Source: Haliotis rubra (Eukaryota). Taken from it: a stretch of DNA of 64,000 bases. The notes beneath the pieces were generated by a model, which saw only the letters and a list, made by a program, of their open reading frames with translations, was not told the origin of the DNA and made no database searches. The position numbers and the translations under genes were made by a program. Position 1 is the first letter of the stretch; every line of letters begins with the position of its first letter. The stretch covers positions 1 through 64,000 of the forward strand of contig NW_025767262.1 of the NCBI RefSeq assembly GCF_003918875.1. The letters run 5' to 3'. Of the stretch, positions 39,066 through 52,640 are shown piece after piece.

Positions 39066-39944
39066 CCGTCTCAGCGACCGTCGCCTCTCGTCCCTTTCCG
39101 TAAACTGGGTAGCATATACTGGATCGTTTAGACTGGTCCTCGGCCGCTGCTGTGCAGACGCTAGCAACGCTAGACGGGTTGCCAGCCTAGTATTAACAGT
39201 TCAATGCCGCAAAACCTTCCCAGCCGACAAACTCTTTTAGGCAAATCTATTATTTGTTGTAATAAAATCAGATTTTGACAAAATAGTATGTATTTTTATA
39301 CAATATTATTCGGAATATCAATATTTTAAATGTTTAGAGAAGAAAGGCCACCAACCAAGTAATCTGTTTTACAGCTGAATGCCATTAAATCTTCACAGTA
39401 CACAAATTCATGTCGCCATATATACTATTGTAGCATTAACACTAGAGTTTGGCAACTAAAGTTTCATCTGTTCAAAGTTTTCAGCATTTGTTTCACGAAG
39501 AAAAAAGAAATCATTCAGCACGGGGAATAATATTTACATCCATAAGAGAACAGTATGGCTACTTGTGTTTCATTCAGAAGCTAAAATACAGAAAAGAATT
39601 AAATGATTGTCACGTTAAACGTCGCGAAATGGGGACGGTAAATAAGTCTTTGGTTCCTGGCTCACGTCAGACGTTGATAGCACAAGGGGAGGCCACTCCC
39701 ATTGTATTGATGTCTTAGTTAAACTAGCATCGTAGTTTCTGAATCACCATTTCACACAGTGTGCACAAAGTTGAAAAGCATGGAGCAAGCACCTTAACTG
39801 CGTAAAAGGAATTTCAGACACCAATTGTTAAACTCATTTAGATCATGACAAGTAACAATGTTAATTATCTTACTTAAATAGTTACTGAGAAAATCCCCAT
39901 TGATCTCTGTTCGTATACTACCAACTATGAGGCGGGGGATGATA

Positions 39945-40136
39945 AACCAACATAATATTGTAAGGATGCAGAGACCAGCTTACTCGTCGGATCTGACACC
40001 AGTAGAGCATCGTTGGGATGTCCTTGGTCGAGGGTTGCGTTCTAATCACCCACCTTCTATAAATCGTCCTCAGCTCATTAAGGTTCTCCAGAGTGTCAAG
40101 CTGTCCCCCAGGCAACTCAAGGAGACTTGTTATTGA
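39945..40136 (+). mobile_element. Tc1/mariner transposase C-terminal remnant
   Basis: QHNIVRMQRPAYSSDLTPVEHRWDVLGRGLRSNHPPSINRPQLIKVLQ. Confidence 0.75.
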
Positions 40137-41026
40137 AGCTTTTAACGAGAAAACAAACCAGAATTTTTGTTCTTTGCCCTTTTTCAGTCTTCTATAATTT
40201 CAGAAACCGAGTCAATATTCAGAACTCACTTTATACAAGAAGAGCTGCTTCTCCGTCAGCCGGCATGCTTGACCATGCCAATAAATAGGCCAACTGAAGA
40301 TCGTGGTAATTTAAACATGAAGATCATTCCTGTAAACCCTTCATTATGCATAGGAGACACTGTTGTGTAATTCCCCATTCAACTAAAAGTAGGATGATTG
40401 GTATATCATAAAAATGTTTTTGAAATGAACTGACACAAGCCAAAATTTCTACGTCATATCTAAAGGGCTGGTGTTGGATACTTGCAACGCTCTTATTAAA
40501 TTCCAACACTGTGCTCGTAAAGGAGTCTAAAAACAAGTGTCGATCAAAATCAATTTCATAAAATGTGTAAATTCATGATCCGTACTTCTTGTGTTAATTC
40601 TCGAATATAAGAGCAGGGTAATTGGGTAAGAAACCACAATGTGCAGGATGGATCTAATTGATGCAGCGAATCCCGACCTTCGGGCATTCATTTGTTGCCT
40701 AGCACAGGCTCAAAAAATGAAATGAAAATAACGCTGTTGAAATTCTCCTCAGGCAAGAGTATGTGCACAGTTAATGAACACAAAGAAATCTAAACTTATA
40801 TTTTCATGAAATGTTTCAGTGGATAGGTGGAATTGAGTTATGGTATGTTAAGTAGTATTTAAAAACAAGATTCAGATTCGTTTTACACGTTGGTTTAAAC
40901 ATCTCCTTCTTTCAACAAGCTGTCGTAAACATGGATGGAAGTCATGGCCATTCCGGATTTGAAAGAAGTCTTCATGAAACAGTGAGCGTGCTGTCAATAT
41001 GTTGCGAGCAGTATCAGCAATATTTT

Positions 41027-41266
41027 TGGTTGGTTGGTTTGTTGCTTAACGCGGCACTCAGCAATATTCCAGCTATTTGGCGGGGCTCTGAAAATAATCG
41101 AGTACAGACAATCCAGTGATCAGCAGCATGAGCATCAATCTAAGCAATTGGGATACGATGACATGTGTCAACCAAGTCAGCGAGCCTGACCACCCGATCC
41201 CGTTAGTCGCCTCTTACGACAAGCATGTGTTACTGAAGACCAATTCTAACCCTGATCCTCACGGGT
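41027..41266 (-). mobile_element. SINE-like repeat family 2
   Basis: Full body ending ...ctcacgggt. Confidence 0.8.
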
Positions 41267-42100
41267 ATAACAGTTATGTAGTGTGATCGAGAAATCATAC
41301 TTGAACGTGATAACATGGCTAACGGCAGGGGAGACAAAAATACACATGTTTATGGTATGATGGCAGGCTGTGTTAGACATACTCCGCCTGTACCGTTATG
41401 TGTCGTCGTAGCTGAGGTTGAAGATGATGTCCTCAAACGAAAAAACAGCTGGCGCCGAAATATGAAATCATTCAGATAATATGAAAAATTATAGTTTCGT
41501 CTTTTTCAAGAGTAAATTGTTTGAGATGATTGTTCAAAATTAGGTATAATTAGCAAAATAATAGAGCATTAAAACAAAAGAATAACATCACGGATGTGTT
41601 TTACTTTAATACTGCACGTCACATGCAAGATTGTACTATATTTGTTCAGACAGTTTGACGACTGTTTGTGTACTAAGATAGACAATCTATTGTCCACCAG
41701 CTTCTTTTCAGCTTCGTTCTTCGTGACAAGGACCAGACATCCGACCAACTCAATCAATGCCAGAACAATCTCCGGTAACCATTCCAGCTGACTGTGTTAG
41801 GTGGGACGTCAGTGGATTAGCGGTTTTACTGAGATTTACCACGAAATGCCTAAGTGTGTTATACACCTAGAGGTTCAGAGACCATCCTGGCTGTTCTCAT
41901 TTAACATTGCTATACCGAGGTACTGATACATGGTGACGAGATCTGTCGTTACACGGAGGACAACTGTGGATTATGAAAATTATTGAAATGTATGGTAATG
42001 TAGGATAATATGCTTAAACGTGACGACAGCCTTCTTGTGATAACGGTGGATGTGATCACAGGTTATGACGTTCTTCAGCCGTTTTCATAGTTGATGAGGC

Positions 42101-42330
42101 TTGGTTGGTTCGTTTGTTGTTTAACACCACACTCAGCAATATTCCAGCTCTATGGCGGCGGTCTATAAATAATCGAGTCTGGACCAGGCAATCCAGTAAT
42201 CAACATCATGAGCATCGTACTATGCAATTGGGAACCGATGACATGTGTCAACCAAGTCAGCGAGCCTGACCACCCGATCCCATTAGTCGCCTCTTACGAC
42301 AAGCATGGGATACAAAAGACTTCACGGGTT
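42101..42330 (-). mobile_element. SINE-like repeat family 2
   Basis: Family-2 body; absent from the paralogous positions at ~19030 and ~29650. Confidence 0.8.
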
Positions 42331-42479
42331 TAACCAAGATCTTCACGAATTATTTAGTGTGTTGATGAGGCAGTTCTGGCGGAGATGATTTGCAAGGATG
42401 GGGAAAAGGATTTGAGGGTATTTTCTAGTTGCATAAATAAAAATCCCGGCTTTCTCAAACTTGAGCTGGACCAAGTTCA

Positions 42480-42920
42480 TTGGCTGGCAGTCTTCAAAGA
42501 ATTTTACAGGCCGACTTCATAAACTTATTTTCATTGATTGAGAGAAGAATGATAGTGGTGAGCTCCTTCGTTAGACATGATCCTAGTGAGCTGGTTAAGA
42601 CTCCACATATCTTATTTCGTACAATCAACCTCTTCAAGGACAGACACAGCACAGGTATTTGTAGCTTTGATCTAATTTTCTTTAAACGAGATTTAAACTG
42701 AATGTTTTCTTGAATGTGGGCACTTCTGGAGCTTGAACTCCCTAATTGGCCCAAGCTGATGCTCCAACAGAAGCTCAAAGGGATGAAGGATATGCCTATA
42801 TCTTTAGAGAAGGGCTCAGCAAAGAGAGCCTGGTCTTTAAAATGAATTTCTCTGCGTGAGGAAGCTGACGTCGAAGGACATTGGAGATCTATGCTACGAC
42901 GGTACAGCCCACTTCTCAAT
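42480..42920 (+). mobile_element. Possible decayed tyrosine-recombinase (DIRS/Ngaro-type) fragment
   Basis: Frame-broken KTPHILFRTINLFKD...LIFFKR and ...GHWRS...RY loosely resemble YR motifs (PITP..L; GxWxSD.y..Y). Confidence 0.25.
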
Positions 42921-43751
42921 TCAGCAAAATACTCATAACATTTACTGACCAACAAACACCGCAGCACAGAAGTCAGAACCTGCCCTTATAGGTACATTAA
43001 AGGCAGCAAGTTGTGGCTCGTAAGCTAATTCCGTAAAGAATTCCGTAAAGAATTCTGACCTTAGAATTTGTCTAGAACTACCAATAACCTGGACATTTAG
43101 TCAACAGATTTTAGTGTGCAATCACCAAGAAGCAGCTTATAAAACACCAGACCAAAAAAAGCCGTGGGGAAAACTATTTTGGGACTGTGTTATTAATAGA
43201 GGTTATCATCATCACCTCGCCATATTATATATGAAACAAACAAACACGAACCTGTGAATCAGATCGATGTTCCGTAAAATGATCATTGCAGCAAATATGT
43301 ATTTGCACGGCTGAGAACATAGTGATTACGCTTCATTCTGACACGTGTTTGTATTCACTGAAATGGACCAGATATACTTAAAAGAAACTCAAAAGTCACG
43401 CAAAAGTCACGCTACAGCTTATTTCAACAGGTTGCAGTGAGATATGGCTGACGATTAGAAATATAGAGCACTAATTCACGACATCAATATAATCAAATGC
43501 ACAATAATTCTTATAATAAACACAACATGTTTGTGTTTAGTTACTTTTTACTTAATACAAATTCATAAAGGAACGAACCGGAGTTTACGAATAACGATTT
43601 ACATATTTTCTTGCTTTGGGTGTATAAAACACTGGTAACAAAAATTATCTTAGACTGACAAAAAAGTGTATTCTGTTTCAACATGTCATATGAATTAAAT
43701 GCAAAATCTAATTTGCGGCTGTGATATTACCTACCTTTTCTTAGCTGGACC

Positions 43752-43928
43752 GGGGCGGTGGGGTAGCCTAGTGGTTAAAGCGTTGGATCGGCACGCCGAA
43801 GACCCGGGTTCGAATCCCCATGTGGGTACAATGTGTGAAGCCCATTTCTGGTGTTCCCCGCCGTGATATGATATTGCTGGAATATTGCTACAAGCGGCTT
43901 AAAACCAAACTCAGTCAGTCAGTCAGTC
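43752..43928 (+). mobile_element. tRNA-derived SINE family 1
   Basis: A-box TAGCCTAGTGG, B-box GGTTCGAATCC, (cagt)n tail. Confidence 0.85.
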
Positions 43929-44210
43929 TTAACTTGACCAGTTCCCATCATGTAAATCATTGTTTATGGTGAATATCTTTATACATTTAAGATGATGAAT
44001 GTTTATTTAGACCAAAGGTCAATCACATTCAATAGTAATTCAACATGTGCACATGTGCATAGCACTTCTCACCCCGCCCACTCCGGATCCCGTCCCTTCA
44101 TGGTGGCAGACTCGAGAACCATCAGTGTTACACATAAGTTACTTAACAAATTTTATGTTGGCAGTATGTTTATGAAAAAAATTCAAGTAAATATTTCATA
44201 TAAGTATATA

Positions 44211-45077
44211 CACTAGACGCCAAAACAAACGTTACCCTCCTACCTTTATGAATTACTGAAAAACTATCAAAGATATGTCAGAAGGTTTTAGTTTACAAGA
44301 AACCTTAACAACACAGCTTATGCAAATCACGAAGTAAAATTCTAAAATGCATTCATATTTGGGTAAAATGCATCTTTTTCAGAAGAGTTAAATTGTCCTA
44401 TATTCGTCCATGCTGAAATAAACCTATAATAGTGATTTTGATGTCCAAAAGAAAGGTTGAAATATAATTCTGCTTTGGGACAATGATAAACCATTTAAAG
44501 TCACCATTTTTCAACTACTATAACAAGAAACAACTGTTGTAGAGTGTGTAAAATTGTAAAATAATCATTGCTATGATTTCAGTCTTTTAAAACATTTTCT
44601 ACTGATTTGCATTAGTGAAAACAAGTAAAACGTGTCTTTGATATTGTGAAAAATGTTTAGGAACATCAAAAATTATCTTTGTTAATATTTTTGCTTGCAA
44701 TGTAACTTGCAATATTCAAAACGCAGCAATATTCAAGCAGTATTTACATCCATTTCAGACGTGGAATGATTCTATAGGGTATAAAGAGAGCCCAGAATAC
44801 ATGATATGATACACAAGTACGAGAAATATGCCACAATTAATAGCTGAAGGGAGAGAAAGAACCATTGGGATGGTGCAGATGGGGTCGACATACAATGCTG
44901 TTGCCAACGCCCTCGGATGCCACCGTATCACGGTTATAAGACTTATTTAGGGCTTCAGACAGACTGGGGTCACCGTAGACAGACCAAGAAGTGGACGTCC
45001 ACGCATCACAACGCCAGCTAAAGATAGGTATCTCCGTCATTAAGGAAGGAGGGTAACGTTTCTGTTGGCGTTTAGTG
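44211..45077 (+). mobile_element. Internally deleted Tc1 transposon with TIRs and TA TSD
   Basis: TA|cactagacgccaaaacaaacgttaccctcct ... aggagggtaacgtttctgttggcgtttagtg|TA. Bases 44828-45043 encode a Tc1 N-terminal HTH (RERTIGM...DRPRSGRPRITT..DRYLR) with one internal stop. Confidence 0.85.
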
Positions 45078-45620
45078 TATGAGAAGATCATGCATATATG
45101 AAGCATGTATGAAAATAATCACACTAATGACGCATCCTTCATTTCTGCTTAAGTCCGATTTAGTCCCTAAATATAGCACTCAGCTGTTAAACTCACACAG
45201 GCCAAACTCTCCGCCGTCTTCAACGCCCTTCGGGGGCAGGATCAAGCCACTTTGAGCTCTTTGATTCCGTTCTGGGATCACTTGAGCTCACCCACTCGGC
45301 AGCTATTAACAAGTCATATAGTTCACTCCGTCTGGTTACAGGGTCTTGTATCTCGCATTACGGCTATTATTGGCACCGTTGGTGCTCTGATGTGACAGTG
45401 AGTATTTTGGCGAAGGGATATAGAGAAAACCAGGCCCTAATGATGTAGCCTGTGCGCTGCTATATGTTTGTATGGGTTTTTTTGCTATGGACAGCTGCAG
45501 TAAGTCGTTTTGTGATATGATGCATTCTCCGGTTCCATTCTTCTGTTTGATTACGGATTGGTCAATAAATCGTCAAACATGTTTTGTTAAAAGGACCTGT
45601 TCCATAAGGAAAGATAATAA

Positions 45621-46046
45621 AGAAGTTTGTTCATCCCTATACTGTAATATAGAAGTTGTTCATCCCTATACTGTAATATAGTTGTTGTTCATCCCTATAC
45701 TGTAATATAGAAGTTGTTCATCCCTATACTGTAATATAGAAGTTGTTCATCCCTATACTGTAATATAGAAGTTGTTCATCCCTATACTGTAATATAGAAG
45801 TTGTTCATCCCTATACCGTAATATAGAAGTTGTTCATCCCTATACTGTAATATAGAAGTTGTTCATCCCTATACTGTAATATAGAAGTTGTTCATCCCTA
45901 TACTGTAATAAAGAAGTTGTTCATCCCTATACTGTAATATAGAAGTTGTTCATCCCTATACTGTAATATAGAAGTTGTTCATCCCTATACTGTAATATAG
46001 AAGTTGTTCATCCCTATACTGTAATAAAGAAGTGGTTCATCCCTAT
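45621..46046 (+). repeat. 29-bp minisatellite, about 15 copies
   Basis: Unit gttgttcatccctatactgtaatatagaa, nearly invariant, with no spacers. Confidence 0.95.
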
Positions 46047-47550
46047 ATCGTTATCCTTCCTTACTGCTCCAAGTTCTAAATGCCTCTCAAAGAAGTGCCA
46101 TGTGCCATGTTACTGGATGGTAAAGAAAAACACATATTCCACTATTCCGGCTGATAAGAACAATCGAATTGACATCAGATGTTTTGCTTCGAAACGATTT
46201 GTCTTGACCGGGAGAGGTATTAGCATGTGCATCCATAGCAGCGCCTTATGCATTCGCGAAAAAACCGTCTCTGGTTCTGGGTATTTTAAAGACCACGCAA
46301 AGCAATATAAGCTGTCCCCAGTTTATGTAATAATAGTTCCGCTGCAGTTGCTCATACATTCGTAAAAGACGCGCCTGTACACATAATAAAGATGACGCAA
46401 CGCAAAATACGACATCCCAAGTCTATGAGTGCCACAGTCTAAATTCTTTTTAACATCTACGTAGATGATGCTTACAACTTTCATGTTGTTCTGTTGTTCA
46501 ACGCTGCATGCGACAGCATCCCAGTCATATGACGACGCTCTGTAAATAATCGTGTCGCTACCACACAATCAAGTGATTGACATCATGAGCATCCATCTCT
46601 ACACTTGGATATGATGACGTGTCAACAACGCCAGCGACGGAGACCGCCAAGTTCCATTGTCGCCATTCGACAAGAATGTGTTCCTGAAGATCGATTCTGT
46701 TAAAATGAACGCCAAAAACAGAACAAACAACAACATAGGCAAGTAACAACTAACCAACAAGGAATATTAGATATGCCAACCAGAGTTATTCCCCTTCATG
46801 CACCAATACGTGCATGCCTAACGTTAAGTGATTTGACTGAGTGAATGTGTAAGAAGACCAGTGAGATTAAGATGACAACATATGTTTAGTAGTCACTGAA
46901 AGAAACAATTAATCCTATTGTAAAATAATTGCACTGGAAAACTCAGCTTTGATCAAATATTTGCTCACATTATCCCTTCAATTTTACGCATTGGGGACAT
47001 GTTCAGTAAACACTTGTTTTAGTTTAGTTTTAGTTTAAACATATTTTATGCACAATGTGAAAAGGATCGGGGATAAGTCCTTACAACTTATGAAACCCCT
47101 CTCCAAAGATATTTACAATAACTAATTACATCACAAACAATTATTAGAAACAGACACAGGAAGATGGACAGTTCAGGGGAAATGTTATAATACAGAAGGT
47201 GTATAGAAAGAATACTACTGGAATACTTCTTTTTTTAGTTATTGCTATGAAGTTTGGTAAAGGCCACATCACTTTCACGTGAACACTTAAGATACTGTCC
47301 TAAGAGATACGAAGGTGGTAAGGTATAGATCAGTGGTTAAAGCGTTCATTGAAAGGGGAAGTGTACATTTATTCCTATGTAACACAAAACGGAATTTTAG
47401 AATCAGTTAAAAACACGTACGTAAATTTATGATGGGATTTTTCAACAAAACTCATTACCCGTGAATATCCGGGCTAGAAGAAGCATTTCTACAAAATCAG
47501 CAAACTCGCTACCGTGTCATTGGATCGTCTCCGTCATTTGGTAGTCTCAT

Positions 47551-47804
47551 ACCCGTGAAGATCCGGGGTAGAATACATCTTCAGTAACCCATGCTTGGCG
47601 TAAGAGGCGACTAACGGGATCGGGTGGTCAGGCTCGCTGACTTGGTTGAAACGTGTCATCATATTCCAACTGCGTAGATCGATGCTCATGGTGTTTGATC
47701 ACTGGTTTGTTTGGTCCAGACTATTTACAGACTGCTGCCATTTAGCTGGAATATTGCTGAGTATGGCTTAAACCTAAACTCGCTCACTCACTCACTCACT
47801 CACT
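47551..47804 (+). mobile_element. SINE-like repeat family 2
   Basis: acccgtgaagatccggg...cgtaagaggcgactaacgggatcgggtggtcaggc...(actc)n. Confidence 0.85.
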
Positions 47805-48000
47805 TACTTGACAGTCTGGTCACAAAGCCGTCGTCGTATGGCGGGAGTACTGCATTGTAGCTTGAGGCAACAACGAAATACCTGGAGTCTGTGTTTTTCA
47901 CTGATTCATCCATATAAGCATCGCACCTGTGCCTATTACACCCAATGGAACCTGTTTAACCTGTTGAAACTATTTGTTTTGTTGTTTTGGGTTTTTTCTT

Positions 48001-48337
48001 GACCGCCTCCGTGGTGTAGTGGTTAGAGCGACCGCCCGGAGGTCCCCGACCGCGTCATACCAAAAAACGTTAAAATATGGTACTTGTTGGTCCCTGCCTG
48101 GCGCTCGGCATTAATGGGAACAACAAGGACTGGTCGGCTCGGAGTCAGTATAATGTGTCTGAGTGGGGTATTAATGCTTCACTGCGGCATGGTATCTCAG
48201 TGGGCGAACACTATAAAACCAGCTTCAGTCTGGGATTGTACAAGCAGCCCCACATACACGTACACACGCATGCACGTCGTCATATGAGCGAATTATTCTC
48301 CAGCGCGACGTTAAACCCAATTTCACCTCACCTCACC
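48001..48337 (+). mobile_element. tRNA-headed V-domain-like SINE (RUDI-like)
   Basis: A-box gtggtgtagtgg, central ggactggtcggctcggagtcagtataatgtgtctgagtgggg, (tcacc)n tail. The family name is from recall. Confidence 0.65.
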
Positions 48338-48366
48338 TTGTTTTTTCTTGTTGGTCACTTTACACT

Positions 48367-48525
48367 GAGTGAGTGAGCTGGGTTTTGCGCCGCTTTTAGC
48401 AATATTCCAGGAATATCAAGGCGGGGAACACCAGAAATCCATACATTGTATCCAAGTGGGGAATCGAACCCGGGGTTTTGGCATAACGAGCGAACGCTTT
48501 AACCACTAGGCTACCCCACCGCCCC
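48367..48525 (-). mobile_element. tRNA-derived SINE family 1
   Basis: Reverse complement of the family-1 consensus. Confidence 0.85.
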
Positions 48526-48857
48526 TCTTTTTGGGCAGACAATAGTCACTGGTCATTCAGCTATTGTTGTTTTTTCAGAGTTTTTTCCTTGTTAGCCATT
48601 GCGCACTGAGGATGAGTGAGTGAGTTTAGTTTTACGCCGCACTCAGCAATATTCCAGCAATATGGCGGCGACACTGAAGATGAGTATGTGATAGTATTCC
48701 ATGACATGCAAATACAGACTGACAACTGGCATAAATTTCCCCATTTGTTTAATCAACACAAGAATGTTTAAATACAATAAGTTTCAGTTTTCCATTTTTT
48801 GATTACACACACCCATTATATACTGAATTTGATGAACGCGGAAGCTCCACACAAAAT

Positions 48858-49025
48858 GGGGGCGATGGGGTAGTTTAGTGGTTAAAGCGTTCGCTCGTCA
48901 CGCTGACGACCCGGGTTCGATTCCGCACATCGATCGGCACAATGTGTGAAGCCCATTTCTGGTGTCCCTCGCAGTGATATTGCTGGAATATTGCTAAACG
49001 CGGCGTAAAACTAATCTCACTCACT
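48858..49025 (+). mobile_element. tRNA-derived SINE family 1
   Basis: A and B boxes and actc tail. Confidence 0.85.
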
Positions 49026-49920
49026 CTACAGAAAATGAACCGTGTAACCTATTCATTCACCATGCGGTTACCTCCCTACTTTTATGTACATCCTTGCAAG
49101 CACGTTGAATTAGCCCTTTCTCTATTTTGCATGTTAAAAATATATTAACAACATATACCCAAACTGAATTGTCACAGACATTCTGAGCAATCTATATAGA
49201 TTATGAATAGTCTAGAGAGCTCTACATGGCAGAGCAAAACGCTTTGAAAGGAGCAAAATGGATTTGTAGAACAACAAATTTCACCGTATATATTTTAGTA
49301 TGCTCGACCAGATCAAACTGTGAGCATAAAGGAAAGAAAGCTAATTCTGACACAGGGGTATTACTGTTGTAAGCTGTCTGGTAAATTGTTCACGGCTGTT
49401 TTGAATAATCGGTTTTAGACATGACTGCATGACGTCAAACGGTTTGAAACCTGACCCGAAACAGATAATTATTCATTTCGCTTTATTCAACATTCGACAT
49501 CTGATTTGGGTTTTGGGGCTTGTGTAAATTTCTTTCGCTGCTAGATAAATATTAACTTTTACAAATCAATGGTTTCGGTAATGGGGTGATATTGAGGAGG
49601 ATGTTATTCGTATTTTCGTAGTTCATGGCCATTAAACCTGAATGAAGGAGGTCAACTGATTGTAAGTATAAGTTCAAGTACTCATTACAAAGGTACTTAT
49701 AACCAGGGATACTCTACAACCTTATATAGTCTCCCTGTTATAACACAACAAAACAAAATGGCGGCCATTTTGATTTTTTTTCCAAAACAAAAATATGTCG
49801 AATAATTGTTACATCCATTAGCAATACACAGAAATCAAAATTAAAGTGCTCAGATTGATAGTAGTAAAACTATCCATGATGAACTTTGAGGTGTTGACGG
49901 GCAGCAAACCAAATGTGACG

Positions 49921-50084
49921 NNNNNNNNNNNNNNNNNNNNNNNNNNNNNNNNNNNNNNNNNNNNNNNNNNNNNNNNNNNNNNNNNNNNNNNNNNNNNNNN
50001 NNNNNNNNNNNNNNNNNNNNNNNNNNNNNNNNNNNNNNNNNNNNNNNNNNNNNNNNNNNNNNNNNNNNNNNNNNNNNNNNNNNN
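49921..50084. other. Assembly gap (164 N)
   Basis: Run of n. Confidence 1.
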
Positions 50085-50849
50085 ACACACACTAAAAAAA
50101 TTAATTGATACCACAATCTGAGAGTATTACAGGCCTTTTTATGAGCCCAAGAGATCATACTGACTGATAATAGTGTCAAACAAAATCAGTACTGGCTACG
50201 ATTTCAAATTATTCAGCTGCCTCCTCCTGGACTATTAGCACCAGACACAATATGGGCGACTTGCATTTCAATGACCATGTATAGAAAGATCGTTAATCTA
50301 ATGGCATTATGTTTGAGAATATGTGAATACAAAGCTTGATCATAAGGTAGATAATTGATAGCGTTTTTCAAAATTGTACTTTAAGTTGATTTACGGAAGC
50401 CTCGTGGTGCCTACATTTGATACCATAAATCATTAAAACAAAAATAGAATTGCACCTCTTATGCAGCAACTTCCAAAAGGAAACGGTTTTTAGATGCTGT
50501 TTGGTGGCGTTTTCACGATCTAACCAGTGTATTCGACATTGTTTCCGACTGTAGCCTATTCATGTAGATCGCTAAGCGGCCACTGCCGTACCGCATCACC
50601 CAATGTGTCGTTTGACGTTTCATATGTGCATATGAATTTCGTGCAGCACGTGCCCTACAGTCTCACTGGTTCACGGTGGACAAGAAGCCTATGATGAAAC
50701 GGCCTTGTTCTGGTTATAAAACTTGGATCGACTGTAGGAGGGCTGGTTGATGACTGAGTTGAGCGTTGGACCACTATATGCTCTGGGTATATGTTTTTCA
50801 CTCTAAACCACACGTCGTCGTTTTTGTTGAACGCAATAACTATAAGGTG

Positions 50850-51040
50850 CTGGTCTGTAAATAATAGAGTCTGGACAATAAAATCCAGTGATCAACAGCA
50901 TGAGCATCGAACTACCCAAATGGGATACAATGACGTGTCAACCAAGTCTGCGAGCCAGACCACCTGATCCCGTTAGTCGCTCTTACGACAAGCATGGGTT
51001 AGGCTACTGAAGATCAATTCTAACCCAGATCTTCACGGGT
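50850..51040 (-). mobile_element. SINE-like repeat family 2
   Basis: Family-2 body; shares its 5' flank with the 47551 copy. Confidence 0.8.
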
Positions 51041-52433
51041 ATGAGACTATCAAGTGACGAAGCAGACAATCCAATGACACGGTTTCGAGTTTGCTGATTT
51101 TGTAGAAATGCTTCTTCTAGCCCGGAGTTTTGTTGAAAAATCCCATCATAAATTTACGTACGTGTTTATAGTAGAGCTCTGAAACATCCAAAAGTACATT
51201 CGTACTCAGTACTGATATTGCTTATGCCTAGGTCACATATCCATTTTTACCATGAAAGATAAGTTTACGATGCCCGGTCGGGCTGAAAATCGGCAAAATT
51301 GAGAGATACCCGACGGGAACTGGACGATCATCGGCTGTTTTTGACATTGGAAAGACCGATTCTGTCGGGAATCGATCACTACTCGGATTGTTCCTGTTCG
51401 TTGTCCGTGCGAATAAACCAATCGGAAGGTGACCAACCATAGTCTGGACATGCATCGAGCAGGCGCCGCACGGGTATCCTTTAGACACTGGGAATCTTGA
51501 CGTGCCTGGTCCGGGGTATAAATAATGATCTGAATGGGTTGAGCAGTATATCAGGATGCCTGACCCACCACACTTGCTGAGACTGGCCCGGCTCTGTATG
51601 GAGTATGCCAGAGCCCCACACTTGCTGAGACTGGCTCTGTATGGAGTATGCCAGAGCCCGACACCGTCAGAATGTCATTCTAGCAGCGTTGTTGCAGGAA
51701 GAAAAGAGGGTGACAAGACTGGAGCAGCGTCAACGGCGGTGGTTGATCCGGCCTTAGCTGTTGCGTCGTCCCGAATACGGCCAGTTCAATAAGGGCAGAG
51801 TTACAGAGGGAAAAAATAAACAAACATCACTGCAGTTCAATAATTTTATAAGTGAATTTACTTTACTAAGAAATTGTAATCCCAAATATAACGTATGTTA
51901 CATTTGACCACTTTCTAAATGGCATTGCGTAATCAGACCTTTGAAACATGAGGTACATGTGCCCCGGGCATAAGACTGCAAACTGTCCCAGGAAGTCTGA
52001 ATGCAATAGATTGCCTAGATCAGGTACCGTTATCGATGAAAATGATGTAATTAGCGTTACCTAGCTGGCATTTCAAATCCATTGTAGGGGTGTTGGGGTA
52101 GGCTATTTGTTAGCGATTACTCGTTACACTGAAAACCCGGGTTTGATTCCCCAAATGGGTACAAGGTGTGACGGCCATTGCCATTGCTGGTGTCCAGCAC
52201 TTTTTGGGCGGAAGGTTGGGTGGAATAAGCTCTTTCGTCTCGTTGTGTTATCAAGAGTGACCTACGTTGGACAAGAGGACACACGGGGATTAATAATGAT
52301 ATGGCCCTCGAATAATGTTTCGGGTGTGTTGATGTGTTAGGTTTTGGTCCTGTTAAAACTGTTATATCTTTCTGATGACCGATCAGTATGACTTTTGGGG
52401 AGAGTATGTATGTAACACGAATAAATGGCGTAA

Positions 52434-52640
52434 GGGGCGGTGGGGTCAGCATAAGTAGGTGAAAGCGTTTGCTCGTCACGCTGAAGACCCGGGTTGTCGA
52501 TACTCGATTTATTACAGACCACATAGGGTACAATGATTGAAGCACCTAAACATTTCATTTTGGTGTCCCCCGCCGTGATATATGTATTGCTGTGAATAAA
52601 TTGCTAAAAAGCGGCGGAAAACTCAAACCTCACTCACTCA
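52434..52640 (+). mobile_element. tRNA-derived SINE family 1 (indel-rich)
   Basis: ggggcggtgggg...gaagacccgggtt...tggtgtcccccgccgtgata...actcactca. Confidence 0.75.

Noticed and set aside
45621-46046. 29-bp repeats as a CRISPR array
   Set aside because: The units abut with no unique spacers, no cas genes are present, and the context is eukaryotic.
49818-50179. ORFs spanning the N-run
   Set aside because: Artefacts of translating the assembly gap.
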